DNA of 63,911 bases, filler included, from Octopus bimaculoides (Eukaryota): assembly GCF_001194135.2 (NCBI RefSeq). It is 7 parts of 7 records of this genome, joined end to end, with 100 filler letters (N's around TTAATTAATTAA, not from the genome) between each part and the next. Parts side by side here need not be neighbours in the genome. Positions count along the whole stretch, not along the records: positions 1 to 16,022 come from NC_068993.1; positions 16,123 to 27,968 come from NW_026382889.1; 5 more parts are not named here. One strand, given 5' to 3'. This document shows positions 11,181 through 24,353 of this stretch, in pieces (within the stretch, counting starts at the first letter, position 1; the number at the start of each line of letters is the position of its first letter). The notes beneath the pieces are model-generated. The model worked only from the letters and a program-made list of their open reading frames with translations. It was not told the DNA's origin and did not search any database. Position numbers and translations under genes: made by a program.

Positions 11181-14100
11181 TCAGTCAGCTGTCAGAATCG
11201 TATCAGCGTCTGCATTTTTATGCATTGCAGTATTTCATCGTTGTCTTTATATCAAGACCAGCTTTGGCTTTCGTACTTCTGGAATCTATGAAAAAAAGTA
11301 TCATTCAACTAATGAAATCGATGATACTGATTAACCCTTAAAATTGCTAATCTTGCATGTAAATCAGAAGCAATTATTATTAATGGCACGCTAATTTTGG
11401 AGAAATCTTTATTTTTGTGATTATTTCTTTTATCTTTAGCGTTCTGAAAGCAGAGACAATTGCAATAATCAAGGAGTTATCCAGTATGCATTTAATATAA
11501 CATTTTTTTTGTCTTTGTTGTTCAAATAGATGCCAGTAACGACAGTTATTATTCTTAGCTAATGGTCATTTTATTCCTATATTTATATGTGCGTATGTGC
11601 GTGAACGTTTGAGGACATAAATATACATGTGCGTCTGCATTTTCGTGTGTGCGTGTATATGTGCGTGTGCGCGGGTGCGCGGGTGCGCGAGTGCGCGGGT
11701 GCGCGGGTGTGCGTGTGCGTGTTCCTATGTGTGGTGGAGGAGTTGGGGATCGAGTGATGTTAGCATGCGTTGCCACTGCTCTATTAAGTAACATCAGTGG
11801 GATTAATGTTGACATTACAGCCAAAATTGCTATCCTTAGAGTTGTTCGTCATTCTTCAAGTAGTCTTTTGTATGGTTAGTGTATATATGTTATACATTAG
11901 TGTATACATGTTGTACATTAATGTATGTGCTGTGCTTGAATATCACAGACATCTTTAAAGAAATCTTTTGTGAGAAATACTGTAACGTATATATTTTTTT
12001 CCCAAGGCTTTCCTGTATAGTGGTTGTATTTTGTAGTTCATTCTATAGAGCGAAAGAGAGAAATGGTATGGTCAATGTAACTGTTGAAGCAGTTTTCGTC
12101 TTCATATTGAAATATTTAAATGCCATTCGTCATCAGCAGGTTGCTCACAGACCGACAGTCTTGTGAATTTTATTGGTAAAAGAGTATTAATTTTTAGTGT
12201 TCCTTTGTAGTATATTATTAGTATTCAGTGCACTTAACTTATATAAGTGAATACTAAAATGAAAAAGTTTTTGATCAAGAACAGATCAAATGTGTGTAAT
12301 CCCCTAATAAAGATATTTACTAATTTAATAGGCAAATCTTCTTAGTATCGTTAAGTATGTAAAGTTCACGATTCTAACAGATATTATGGTTAAACAGAGA
12401 CGACATAGTTCAGCAGGATCAATATGGCATTACAACAAAGTACAGTTGTAATGCACTACATAACAAAACACAATATAAAATATTTAGGAACATTGCCAAA
12501 AATACATTTCTTATTTCAACACATCACATTCCTAAAAGTAAGTACAAATGTAGATTTTTATGAACTAACCACAAAAACAAAACTCGTGACAAATCTAACG
12601 GACAACCTTTGAAATCTTGATGGTAATATCAGCAAAAATCACCAAAGCCCTGTCTGCTACAAAGTAGAAGCAACCCACAATAAATTCACTTTATCCCGAA
12701 GATGTCGACGAAGACGTCTAGAAACGGGATAGTCGTTTGCGGATTCTGTTGTAAAAAGATAAATACTTCACGGAACCTGTATTTGAAAGACTATGATAAC
12801 ACCGTCGTGCTTTCAGTATAAGATTAGAACAACGACTGTTTCCATAGTTAAATATTTGTGTGTGAGAGAAACTGTGGGAGACATAAAGAGAATGTATGTG
12901 AAAATGACATAGGGTAAAATGAAGGAAACTAAATGCGTAGATAGTTATGTACGTCTGCTTTTAATGGCGAATATAAACTCTACAACCAATATATATACAC
13001 CCACATACACACACACGCATACACACACACAAATATATATACACATGTAGATGTGTGTGCGCGTATATAGATAGATAGGTAAGTAAATAGATAGATAGAT
13101 AGTTAGATAGATAGGTATAGATGTATATATACATATATATATTTATGTGTGTATGTATATTATATATATGTGTGTGTATAGATAATGAGAACGTGTGTTG
13201 TTTTTGCTTTTTATTTGAGTTTCTTCGTCAATTTCCTTGAGAGTTAATAGGATATTGAAAGTAGTTTTCCTTCGATCAGCGTTGCTGAAATATGTGATAT
13301 TCTGTCAACTATTCAGTGTAATTTGTTTTTAACATATATTTTTTGCTAAATACTTTTTAAAACTTTTTTGCTTTCATCTATTATTACACGTTGTGCGTTG
13401 ATTGTTAGACATTCTTTAATGGAGGAGGGAGGCTTTTAAATGCTTTCAGACTGTTGATTTAGGTTTCCTCGCGATCATTTGTCTAGCGATAATAGTATTT
13501 ACTTCATTACTAAGCATTGTTTACTTTTTGTATAATCTTAGAACCGTCAAAGCAGGCTTCAAATCATCTAAGTGACTTTCCTTCTGTTTAAAACCCCACC
13601 AGTGTCGACTCTGAATTTTATTGCTCTGCCTTCGGTATCTGATAAATTAATCAAGTACTGCAATAATATTCACCAAATATACGCTGCCTTAGCTTTTGTT
13701 TCGCTATATAAGACGCGAAAATGGGCTCACCATTAAATTTTGTATGGAAGGAGCCATGCTTTGCCTTATCTTAAGTACTCCACTTCCTGATGGAGTGGTA
13801 AAGTTTCGTTTCTAACTCACAGCGGGTTGTTGGCATCCTTCTCCATGCTGGCGTCCTTCTTCGGAAATGGAAACAAACAGAAAGACACAGGAGAGATGAA
13901 GAACATTAGAAAGAAACTGAAATGTCGATCTCCTTACAGGAGTGGTTCTCTATTCCCCGTCTTCAGAATGGTGAAACACAAAGTTGACCTCGATGGAATT
14001 TGATCGTAGATTGCAGGGATCTGGGATGAATACTGAAAAGCAACACATTCGACAATCTATGGACAATTGGGGCTCATAATGAAGGAGTATGTTCAATTGA

Positions 14101-15169
14101 ATACACATCATTTCGCTCTATTAAAATATGGACGTACAGTTTCAATGGGGTGATTTTTCATTGCACTCTCCTTCAGTTTTCAGCCTACTGTAATAAAGAG
14201 GTACCGTTAATTCTATCATCAGAGTTGATGAAGCAGTATATAGTGTAAATTAGCCCTTAAATGTCTACGTTGTATGTCTGGTATAGTTCTTCGCTTGCTG
14301 CTATTGAACCTCTGAATACCAACCGTATCTCTCGATGTCAATATCCTCAGGATGTTTGTCATTTAACGAACAGTTTTGGGAGATTCTTCAATTGCAATCT
14401 GGCTATCGATAAGAGTGTTGAGGATCACATTTAGTAATGACAGGTAATATTATTCCAGCTGCAGTAATGATTTTGCATTTATTTCGATGGAATATGAAGT
14501 TTATATGTAACTACAGAAGGCATATCTAATAATGACAGAAAGGTTAGTGCTTAAATAGTAAACTTAATTTAGCTTTCATTCTCGAATATTGTTTTTCCTG
14601 AAGACGATCCTTTTAAATTCATTGCTCCTAAAATCTGTATTCTAATCATGTAGTATTTAAGGTGGCAAAGTTTAAACTAAGCTTGCCAAAACCTAAGCTG
14701 GACAGCGTTGTAATTATTCCGTATTCGAAACTTGTTATGATCAATTGTGATTGTAGTTAGAGATTTTCTGTATGTATATGGTGATCTCGTTAGATTGTAG
14801 ACTTTCTTGCCTACATGATATCTGTTGGGTTAGTGGCAACGATATTGTACAGCTTATGTTTTTTTAAAATATACCTAGTACCTCTTTTCTATTCTTATCC
14901 ATGATGTGGCATTTCAGACCGTTGCAGATAGCTAAACTATCATCTCAATATAAACGGTTGCACAGAAACTAATAACCTTGTTAATATTATCTGAAATGAA
15001 TATGGTCACACCTCCATCCCATACAAACCCCTATTCAAAATTGCAGAAATCGAATGAAATTCAATCGTTTCCTCAAGTATATACACACACACACACACAN
15101 NNNNNNNNNNNNNNNNNNNNNNNNNNNNNNNNNNNNNNNNNNNNNNNNNNNNNNNNNNNNNNNNNNNNN

Positions 15170-15207
<38 letters not shown>

Positions 15208-15427
15208 TTCTTATAACTTTCTCATACCTCTGTTTATATTTTATCTAATATGAATAATATAATGCATCTAATAATAATAATAATTGATTCATTTGTATGC
15301 ATTTATATGCATTTATGTATGTACATTTAAATGTAGGTATATGTATTTATGTATATTTATGTATATGTAAAAGTATGTATATATGTGTGTATTTATATTT
15401 ATAACTTAACCTTATATACTTTATAAA

Positions 15428-15551
15428 ATCTCTGACGAAGCCTAGTGAAACACACAAGTACCTCAATTTCATCTACTAAATACTTCAGTCCACTGGAGGG
15501 ATAAAGTTAGAATGAGGTATTTTTGACTCTTCGCTGAAACAGTTGTAAGAT
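15428..15551 (+). ncRNA. Type I hammerhead ribozyme with intact core and long stem II
   Basis: atct CTGACGA agc...gct GAAA c agtt g TA agat: stem I atct/agat, stem II closed by agc/gct with internal gtacctca/tgaggtat, stem III ac-agtt-gt, GUA site. Confidence 0.7.
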
Positions 15552-15767
15552 ATTATCCCAATTTCTATTGTTATATGTTATATTTTAATAATTACTGATA
15601 TTTCATATTTTATATATTATATATGTAAATCATTATATGTCATACATGTATGTATATTGTTATACTTGTGCTTTTAGTAAATAAATAAATTGACATAATA
15701 TAATTTATAATATAATACCACCTTTTGAGCCCCTCCATTTTCTTATTGCACTCCCACTCTTTCTCTC

Positions 15768-15829
<62 letters not shown>

Positions 15830-16022
15830 AAGTTAAGCAACAAAAATTCAATAGGTTATAGCAGTACGTACGTTTCGTACAAGCTCCATTTATTCATGTA
15901 GTGAGAACATTACAGAAAATACAATGAAAATGTACTCCTCAGCTGCATAAAGGAATTTCATTTTAGAAAGTAATTTTGAAGATGTTTGCAAAAAACAAGT
16001 GTAAGAGAAGAAAACACATCTC

Positions 16023-16122
16023 NNNNNNNNNNNNNNNNNNNNNNNNNNNNNNNNNNNNNNNNNNNNTTAATTAATTAANNNNNNNNNNNNNNNNNNNNNN
16101 NNNNNNNNNNNNNNNNNNNNNN
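16023..16122. other. Assembly join spacer
   Basis: 44 N + TTAATTAATTAA + 44 N. Confidence 0.97.
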
Positions 16123-16875
16123 CTACAACGTGGGATTCCGTAAAAAAAATTAATAAATAAGGGGGGGAAAGGTTCAGATTACCATTTTGAAAACGTAGTT
16201 TGTTGCATATTCGGAATTTCCAACATCGAAAACATAGGAATCGAGTGAATCTCAGAACGTGCGTGAAATCTCTGATCAGCATGGGTTTTGCTATCTGTTA
16301 GCGTTTTTTTTTAAAAATTCGAATGTAGAATAGCGCAATTACTAATTGTTTTGCTCAAGAACACAACGCACCGCTCCTTCCATAATCTCGCAAAACTAGG
16401 CCATAAACCCTGCACAAATTATTGTTTAACACTTATGACGCAATAGTTGTATTCATACAGAATTTGTTGTTAATTAAATGATGTACCCAATATAAAAGAT
16501 AGTCTCCGGAATAAATATAAACAAAGACACTTACTTGATGATAGATTAGGGAAAACCTGCAATGTTGGAATTTGTATCTATGAACTGCATGTCTTGCATA
16601 AGCGTTTCGTGGAAAAGTTTGTTTCACTTTCTTTGTTTATTCACATACATGCAGAGCTATGTACTTGCGCATATACATATGCACATTTACACATGAAATT
16701 ATGCACACGTACATATATACACATTCATATGTGCAAAGCAGGTCAAACTGTCAGCTTTAATAAAATGGAGATGGTTTTAAAACTTTTTTAAGCTTGTTCC
16801 ACATATTGACTTAGAACTATATTTGCACTTTCTTTTTCTCGGAATTCTGGTTTAAGCATCCCATATAACCCCTAC

Positions 16876-17215
16876 TCTTTTACTTGTTTCAGTCATTTGA
16901 CTGCGGCCATGCTGGAGCACCGCCTTTAGTCGAGCAAATCGACCCCGGGACTTATTCTTTGTAAGCCTAGTCCTTATTCTATCGGTCTCTTTTGCCGAAC
17001 CGCTATGTTACGGGGACATAAACACACCAGCAAGCAATGCTAGGGGGACAAACACATATATATATATACATATATACGACGGGCTTCTTTCAGTTTCCGT
17101 CTACCAAATCCACTCACAAGGCTTTGGTCGGCCCGAGGCTATAGTAGAAGACACTTCCCCAAGGTGCCACGCATTGAGACTGAACCCGGAACCATGTTGT
17201 TGGTAAGCTCCTCAT
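16876..17215 (-). mobile_element. SINE family A
   Basis: Reverse complement of the family A tail, body and most of the head; runs into an N gap. Confidence 0.92.
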
Positions 17216-18715
17216 NNNNNNNNNNNNNNNNNNNNNNNNNNNNNNNNNNNNNNNNNNNNNNNNNNNNNNNNNNNNNNNNNNNNNNNNNNNNNNNNNNNNN
17301 NNNNNNNNNNNNNNNNNNNNNNNNNNNNNNNNNNNNNNNNNNNNNNNNNNNNNNNNNNNNNNNNNNNNNNNNNNNNNNNNNNNNNNNNNNNNNNNNNNNN
17401 NNNNNNNNNNNNNNNNNNNNNNNNNNNNNNNNNNNNNNNNNNNNNNNNNNNNNNNNNNNNNNNNNNNNNNNNNNNNNNNNNNNNNNNNNNNNNNNNNNNN
17501 NNNNNNNNNNNNNNNNNNNNNNNNNNNNNNNNNNNNNNNNNNNNNNNNNNNNNNNNNNNNNNNNNNNNNNNNNNNNNNNNNNNNNNNNNNNNNNNNNNNN
17601 NNNNNNNNNNNNNNNNNNNNNNNNNNNNNNNNNNNNNNNNNNNNNNNNNNNNNNNNNNNNNNNNNNNNNNNNNNNNNNNNNNNNNNNNNNNNNNNNNNNN
17701 NNNNNNNNNNNNNNNNNNNNNNNNNNNNNNNNNNNNNNNNNNNNNNNNNNNNNNNNNNNNNNNNNNNNNNNNNNNNNNNNNNNNNNNNNNNNNNNNNNNN
17801 NNNNNNNNNNNNNNNNNNNNNNNNNNNNNNNNNNNNNNNNNNNNNNNNNNNNNNNNNNNNNNNNNNNNNNNNNNNNNNNNNNNNNNNNNNNNNNNNNNNN
17901 NNNNNNNNNNNNNNNNNNNNNNNNNNNNNNNNNNNNNNNNNNNNNNNNNNNNNNNNNNNNNNNNNNNNNNNNNNNNNNNNNNNNNNNNNNNNNNNNNNNN
18001 NNNNNNNNNNNNNNNNNNNNNNNNNNNNTTGATATCTTTCTCTTCATAAACACATTTATTGGTCTATTCCTGGGATTTAAGGGGTAAAAAAATAGGCTGT
18101 CCGTATTTTAAACTCTGATTTAAAAATAGAATTTAGAATATTTGAAAAAAGTTTTTTTTTTTATTTTGAAAAATTAAAAGATTTTTTTTTTATAATCGTA
18201 TAAATTCATGTGTAGAAACAAATGCGCAAAACTTTTCTGAAAATTCCAAGAAATAAAAAAGTTATGAGGGTTATATGGGATGCTTAAAACAGAATTCTGC
18301 TCTTTGTTTGGGCAGGAGAAGGGGGTAAAAATGAGGTGTTTTTACTGCATTTTTGAGTTTGAGACAAAATATATCTTTCACAACTGTTCATTACCTTACA
18401 AAAACTATATCAGCTAAGCAACATAATCTGATCAGTATTTCAGAAAATTATTGCTGTACTCTGAGTATGTAAAAAAATAAATTTGGTTAGGGCAAAATGA
18501 GTAAGACAAGATAATGTAAATTTGCTACTTCAATTCTCCAGAAAACATTCTCATATACATGACAATCCATCCCTAGACATCAGAAATGAAAAAAAAAATT
18601 ATTTAGGTCAGGGGATCAGGGGGAAAATGGCACATACAAAATAACAAAACTCAATAACATAAGATAAAAATACCACAAAAAATATTTTCTATAGCTTCTC
18701 CACAATCTTCTGGAG

Positions 18716-19990
18716 TAGTGTTGCCAACTTAAAATCAGAATTTTATGCTAAATTTCAGTAGAAAAAATGCCAAAGACTAATTATATCAAAAAGCTTAATT
18801 TTTATTTACTTTATTTAATAATATTCAGCATTGAGAAATAATTTCTTGAATTTCACTGATTTGATTTCATTTTCAGCTGTGGTGCCTAGTTCTTGACTTC
18901 TGTATACATTCAAGGTCCCAACCTTGTTAATTATGTGTTTTGGAATATCGAAGTTTTTGCAACATTTGCCATATCTTTTCAGGCCATATTTTATAGACAG
19001 TATTGATCTAAGCATAGGAAGATGCATTTTGTTTTTCAATTTTGATTTGATTACACCCATACTACTGAACAACTGTTCAACCTCTGCATTTGAGTTTGGC
19101 AATGTCAATAGATTAATGGTAAAATTTGCAACATCCCTAAAAGGATTTGCTCCAGTAGTATCTTTATATTCCAAGACTTCCAGCCAGAATGCCTCAGTAT
19201 TAGATGTATTTGTCCATTTAACTAAATGAATGCTATCAAACTGAATTTCAATTAAAGCAATTTTTTCTTCATTTAAATTAAAATTGGTTGCAAAAATAAA
19301 AGGTAAAGTTTATTTCTAGAATCACAAAACATTTCATGTAATGTTTGTGCTGTAAAGCATTTTTCTTTTGTAGTTGTTGTTTGGAAGTGAATTTGCAATT
19401 CAAACCATTGGCTTAAAATTCTATTTACCACTGGTTCTATTGACAGCCACCTAGTTGTTCAAGAATTCATGATCTTCAAAGGCTCTTTATCATTGATAGC
19501 AAGGTAAAGTTGTTTGTAGGTACTTTGTCTTGTTGAAGAATGAGAGGAATAGTTGTAGGTTTTGGATACTAAAAATTCTAAATTTATGGGCAAACATTCA
19601 ACACAAGTGTGGGATACTGCCAACTGTAAAGAATGGCATACACATCTAAATAGAAGTAATGATGGAACTTCCTTTAATTTCTGGAAAACACCATTGTTGA
19701 CTCCTATCGTTACTCTAGCATTGTTGGTTTCTTATAGCCAGTAAATTTTTTATATCTAATTTCTTTTTCGCTAATTCAATTTTTAAGGCATCTACAATGC
19801 CATCTGCATCGTGTTTCTAAAGATACCATACTGAGATATGTATGTACCACTTTTTTGTGAGTGTCACTATAATATATGATAACAATTCCTAACAACTTGT
19901 TTATCGATATATCATTGGATTCATATAAAAAAACTGCATTGTTTTATTTATGGGATGACCCAATACTTGTCAGGTCTTGATAGGACTCTG
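18716..19990 (-). pseudogene. hAT transposase relic with one TIR-like end
   Basis: YESNDISINKLLGIVIIYY (decayed DESTDIS motif), LLLFRCVCHSLQL (CxCH), LLTLPNSNAEVEQLFSSM (hATC dimerisation motif); TAGTGTTGCCAAC terminus at 18716-18728. Confidence 0.88.
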
Positions 19991-20584
19991 CCTATTGTTA
20001 CTACACAAGCCCTTTGAGTCTGGTGTCACTGGTGTTGTTAATGTTCCACTTTAACTGTTGCATGCTGACACTTGTAGGAAAGACATGAACAGTGAAGAAA
20101 TTTCAAAGAGAAGGAGCCTACTAAGTTGAATACAATCTAGATGATGAGAGCAGAGATGAGTGGGTTAGGGGTGACTGATTTATGTAAACATTATCATCAT
20201 CTTGATGTTCACTTTTCTGTGTTGGCACAAAATTTGGCAAAGCAGATTTTCTATGGCTGGATACCCATCTTTCACCAAACTTCATTTGTTTCCAAGTAAG
20301 GTAATATTTCCTCATGGCAAGATATGCTTTTACAGAATATTGGAAATGAATGCTGCTGCTTGTATGACAGTGACACTCATTTACAACTATCAAGTGATGT
20401 CAAGATGAGAAACAACCACACACGCGCGATAGCTTCTTACAGTTTCCATCAACCAAATTCTCTCACAAGATTTGGATTGGCCCTGAGATACAGTTATTTT
20501 CCATGGAAAGACAATGGTGGACATGACATTGATGATGATTATCAGTTATCACCATATTAGATTATATTTACTCTCCTTATACAT

Positions 20585-20619
<35 letters not shown>

Positions 20620-20821
20620 CATACACATATATAACTACACACGTGCTGTTGGCAATTTCTTTTCTTTCTTTGGACTTCTCCCTTTCTCCAACAAACAGCT
20701 ATGCTCAAAACGTCAAACTCTCTTTTCACTGAGCATCAAGATAATATATTCCTTGTGCACATCCTCTTGTTGTCCAGTAATTTCATGTATTTATTTGAAT
20801 AAAGTATATATATATATCTTT

Positions 20822-21011
20822 TCTATACTATAAATTGCAGTGTTCTTGATTGCTTGATTGAGTGTCGGCAGATTCACTCGAGAACGGTGCAGTGGAATCA
20901 CGTGAAATTCAGCACAGAGCGGCAGCATGGTCTGCTCATGTTCAGGAGATTTTTATTGCCCTCCAACTCCTATGGTTACCGAGATAATCGATTATTACTT
21001 TTTAAGATAGG
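20822..21011 (+). mobile_element. Non-autonomous Helitron, 5' part (second copy)
   Basis: Near identical to 24354-24548, starting TCTATACTATAAATTGCAG; runs into an N gap. Confidence 0.8.
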
Positions 21012-21689
21012 NNNNNNNNNNNNNNNNNNNNNNNNNNNNNNNNNNNNNNNNNNNNNNNNNNNNNNNNNNNNNNNNNNNNNNNNNNNNNNNNNNNNNNNNN
21101 NNNNNNNNNNNNNNNNNNNNNNNNNNNNNNNNNNNNNNNNNNNNNNNNNNNNNNNNNNNNNNNNNNNNNNNNNNNNNNNNNNNNNNNNNNNNNNNNNNNN
21201 NNNNNNNNNNNNNNNNNNNNNNNNNNNNNNNNNNNNNNNNNNNNNNNNNNNNNNNNNNNNNNNNNNNNNNNNNNNNNNNNNNNNNNNNNNNNNNNNNNNN
21301 NNNNNNNNNNNNNNNNNNNNNNNNNNNNNNNNNNNNNNNNNNNNNNNNNNNNNNNNNNNNNNNNNNNNNNNNNNNNNNNNNNNNNNNNNNNNNNNNNNNN
21401 NNNNNNNNNNNNNNNNNNNNNNNNNNNNNNNNNNNNNNNNNNNNNNNNNNNNNNNNNNNNNNNNNNNNNNNNNNNNNNNNNNNNNNNNNNNNNNNNNNNN
21501 NNNNNNNNNNNNNNNNNNNNNNNNNNNNNNNNNNNNNNNNNNNNNTGTTTCTGGAACGAAACAATTTTTTAAACTTCAGTTCATTCTCAGGTAAATCCGT
21601 TATTTGTTCTTTTTTGTCAAAGAAAAACGCCTTCCAACGAATCCTGTAAATAAAAGAATGTGTCTTCCTGATAAGTTCTTTAATTATCT

Positions 21690-21765
21690 TTCACTTGTTT
21701 TTGTCATTGAATTGCAGCCTTACAGGAGCACCACCTCGAGGAGTTTAGTTGAACAAATTGCCTCC
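21690..21765 (-). mobile_element. Degenerate SINE family A tail just 3' of the gene 1 stop codon
   Basis: acttgtttttgtcattgaattgcagcc..ggagcaccacc resembles the family A tail. Confidence 0.6.
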
Positions 21766-21777
21766 CCACGCAATATT

Positions 21778-21963
21778 TTATAAAACTCTAACTTCCTCAG
21801 TGGAGTTAATTCTAAAACCAACTTGTCCATCAAGAAAATAATGAATCTTGGGTTCCAAGATACAAATATATGTCCCAACTTTCAGTTGGTCCCAGGAAAA
21901 ATATGGATGAGGATCTGATTCTTCATGATAAAATATCATAATATAATTGCAACCATCAGTATC
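21778..21963 (-). CDS. Gene 1 terminal coding exon, uncharacterised protein
   Basis: Strong acceptor (ttttcttttttttttttctttcag), phase 0, stop-free DTDGCNYIMIFYHEESDPHPYFSWDQLKVGTYICILEPKIHYFLDGQVGFRINSTEEVRVL*. Confidence 0.8.
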   Translation of the reverse strand, partial: DTDGCNYIMIFYHEESDPHPYFSWDQLKVGTYICILEPKIHYFLDGQVGFRINSTEEVRVL

Positions 21964-22981
21964 CTGAAAGAAAAAAAAAAGAAAAAAGTTTATTATTTAC
22001 TGAAAATTGAGTAACAGCAGGCAAAATCTTCAGCACATTGGACAAAATCCATCTCTTTCTGAGCTCAAATTCTGACAAAGCTAACATTGCTTTTATCTTT
22101 TCAGGATCAATAAAATAAGTTTTAATTGAATTTCCCCTCCCTTCAAAATAGCTGGCCTTGTGTCAAAATTTGAAATTATTATATGAAAATATGCATGTAA
22201 CTACATTCAGACATCTTTTTCTCTTCATGTGGCATACCTACAGGCATCAGTGATCATAGACATTCATACCAAGGTCTGAAGATTTATGATTTTTCTTGGG
22301 AAGGATACAACAGTGAATTCCTGTTGTTTTGCTAATTAAATTACAGTTCACTCTGCTCCTCTCCTCCTCTTCAAAGCTAACCCTTGAACCATAAGACCTA
22401 TTTAACCCTTAAACATACGGGGTGATTTACAGGACATCAGGGTATGTCTGCACATGGGTAGTGATGGAGTGGGGAGGCTTATGAGACGTATGTCCAGGGG
22501 TCCAGCTCACTTCCAAGTCACAGAACCATCTTCTGCTATTTGACCAATAACTGGAGGTCTTGAGCAGGAATACTACTGTAAGCCAGCACAGATTTGGAAG
22601 TGTCAGCAACTAAAGGGGCATTTCCATACTCCCCAAAACCCCTGAAATCATGAGCTGAAGCCAAACCGCACAATGCAGTTTTATTTCTTGCCCTGGACAA
22701 CATATCATCCAATAATTGTTTGGTATCCCTCACATCTGATTCTGTTGAACACAATGTGTGTGTATAATGAAAGAACTTGCTGTGGACAAGGCTGCGTGGC
22801 GTTTGATTATAAATAAATAAAAAATACACATTACAGAACATCACCAATGAGCGAAAAACATGTAAACAAATGAGAGATAAGTACAGGACAAAATACCAAA
22901 AATACAGAATAAGAACAGGACATCCACAATGAGTGGAAAATATCTAAACACATGATGAGAGACAAGTATGGGACAAAATAC

Positions 22982-23842
22982 CATCATCATCATCATCATC
23001 ATCATCGTTTAAACGTCCGCTTTCCATGCTAGCATGGGTTGGACGATTTGACTGAGGACTGGTGCAACCGGATGGCTACACCAGGCTCCAATCTAATTTG
23101 GCAGAGTTTCTACAGCTGGATGCCCTTCCTAACGCCAACCACTCAGAGAGTGTAGTGGGTGCTTTTACGTGTCACCCGNNNNNNNNNNNNNNNNNNNNNN
23201 NNNNNNNNNNNNNNNNNNNNNNNNNNNNNNNNNNNNNNNNNNNNNNNNNNNNNNNNNNNNNNNNNNNNNNNNNNNNNNNNNNNNNNNNNNNNNNNNNNNN
23301 NNNNNNNNNNNNNNNNNNNNNNNNNNNNNNNNNNNNNNNNNNNNNNNNNNNNNNNNNNNNNNNNNNNNNNNNNNNNNNNNNNNNNNNNNNNNNNNNNNNN
23401 NNNNNNNNNNNNNNNNNNNNNNNNNNNNNNNNNNNNNNNNNNNNNNNNNNNNNNNNNNNNNNNNNNNNNNNNNNNNNNNNNNNNNNNNNNNNNNNNNNNN
23501 NNNNNNNNNNNNNNNNNNNNNNNNNNNNNNNNNNNNNNNNNNNNNNNNNNNNNNNNNNNNNNNNNNNNNNNNNNNNNNNNNNNNNNNNNNNNNNNNNNNN
23601 NNNNNNNNNNNNNNNNNNNNNNNNNNNNNNNNNNNNNNNNNNNNNNNNNNNNNNNNNNNNNNNNNNNNNNNNNNNNNNNNNNNNNNNNNNGGGAGTGGCA
23701 CTTTTTCACGCAGCTATCCTCATTCATTCTCACCACATGTCCAAACCAGCGTAATCGTCTCTCTTGCACACCACTACTGATGCTTCTTATGTTCAGCTTT
23801 TCTCTCAAGATACTTACACTCTGACGGGTATGCCCATAACAA
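22982..23842 (-). mobile_element. 5'-truncated RTE-clade LINE (ORF end, 3' UTR, (GAT)n tail)
   Basis: REKLNIRSISSGVQERRLRWFGHVVRMNEDSCVKKC is the typical RTE ORF C-terminus; 3' UTR matches 27180-27371; tail (CAT)n on plus strand. Confidence 0.9.
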
Positions 23843-24353
23843 CCCTAACTCCTCCTCATTTGTTGACTGTTTATTACTCCCTGTTTAGAGTTTTCAACGA
23901 CAAGATAGGAAAACTTCATATGACAGCAGCATCCAGATATTTTTAAAATATAAAATTTGTGGAGAGTTAGGGCTTCGAACGAACAAACAGCAACAGAGTA
24001 GACGTACAGAGTAAACAGTTGACGAAGACAAACATTAAGGGCCATCAGGCCAAGACGCATTGTAATGGGTAATGCCTGGGAGAAATTTTCAAAAGATATA
24101 GAATAAATAGAAGAAAATAGTAGAAGAGAAAAAATGTCAGGAGGCAAGAGAAATGGCCTGTGCCACATGTGAGAAAACAGGCAGAGGGGAAGGGGGACAA
24201 GAGAGAGGATGAGGGAGAAACAAAAGGAGTGAGGAGAAGGGAGAAGGAACGATAGGGAGTGGAAGAAAGATAGAGGACAACAAAGAATGAGGGGGAGAAA
24301 CGGAAAATAAAGAGGATTATAGAGAAAGAAAGAAAACAGTGGAGTCACAGAAA

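Noticed and set aside
12685-12740. Hammerhead-like tatcc-CGAAGA..GAAAC-ggata
   Set aside because: U4 is missing and there is no stem III or cleavage triplet.
18716-20660. Full hAT element with paired TIRs and 8-bp TSD
   Set aside because: No matching second TIR (GTTGGCAACACTA) was found; only one end is supported.
21964-22110. Open frame ..RWILSNVLKILPAVTQFS as the exon before DTDG
   Set aside because: It would need a 37-nt intron; the exon at 27559-27737 has far better splice signals and motif continuity.
22427-22847. Minus-strand ORFs (STESDVRD..; SNSRRWFCDLE with GTGAGC donor)
   Set aside because: No convincing acceptor or recognisable motif, and partly overlaps the repeat arm.
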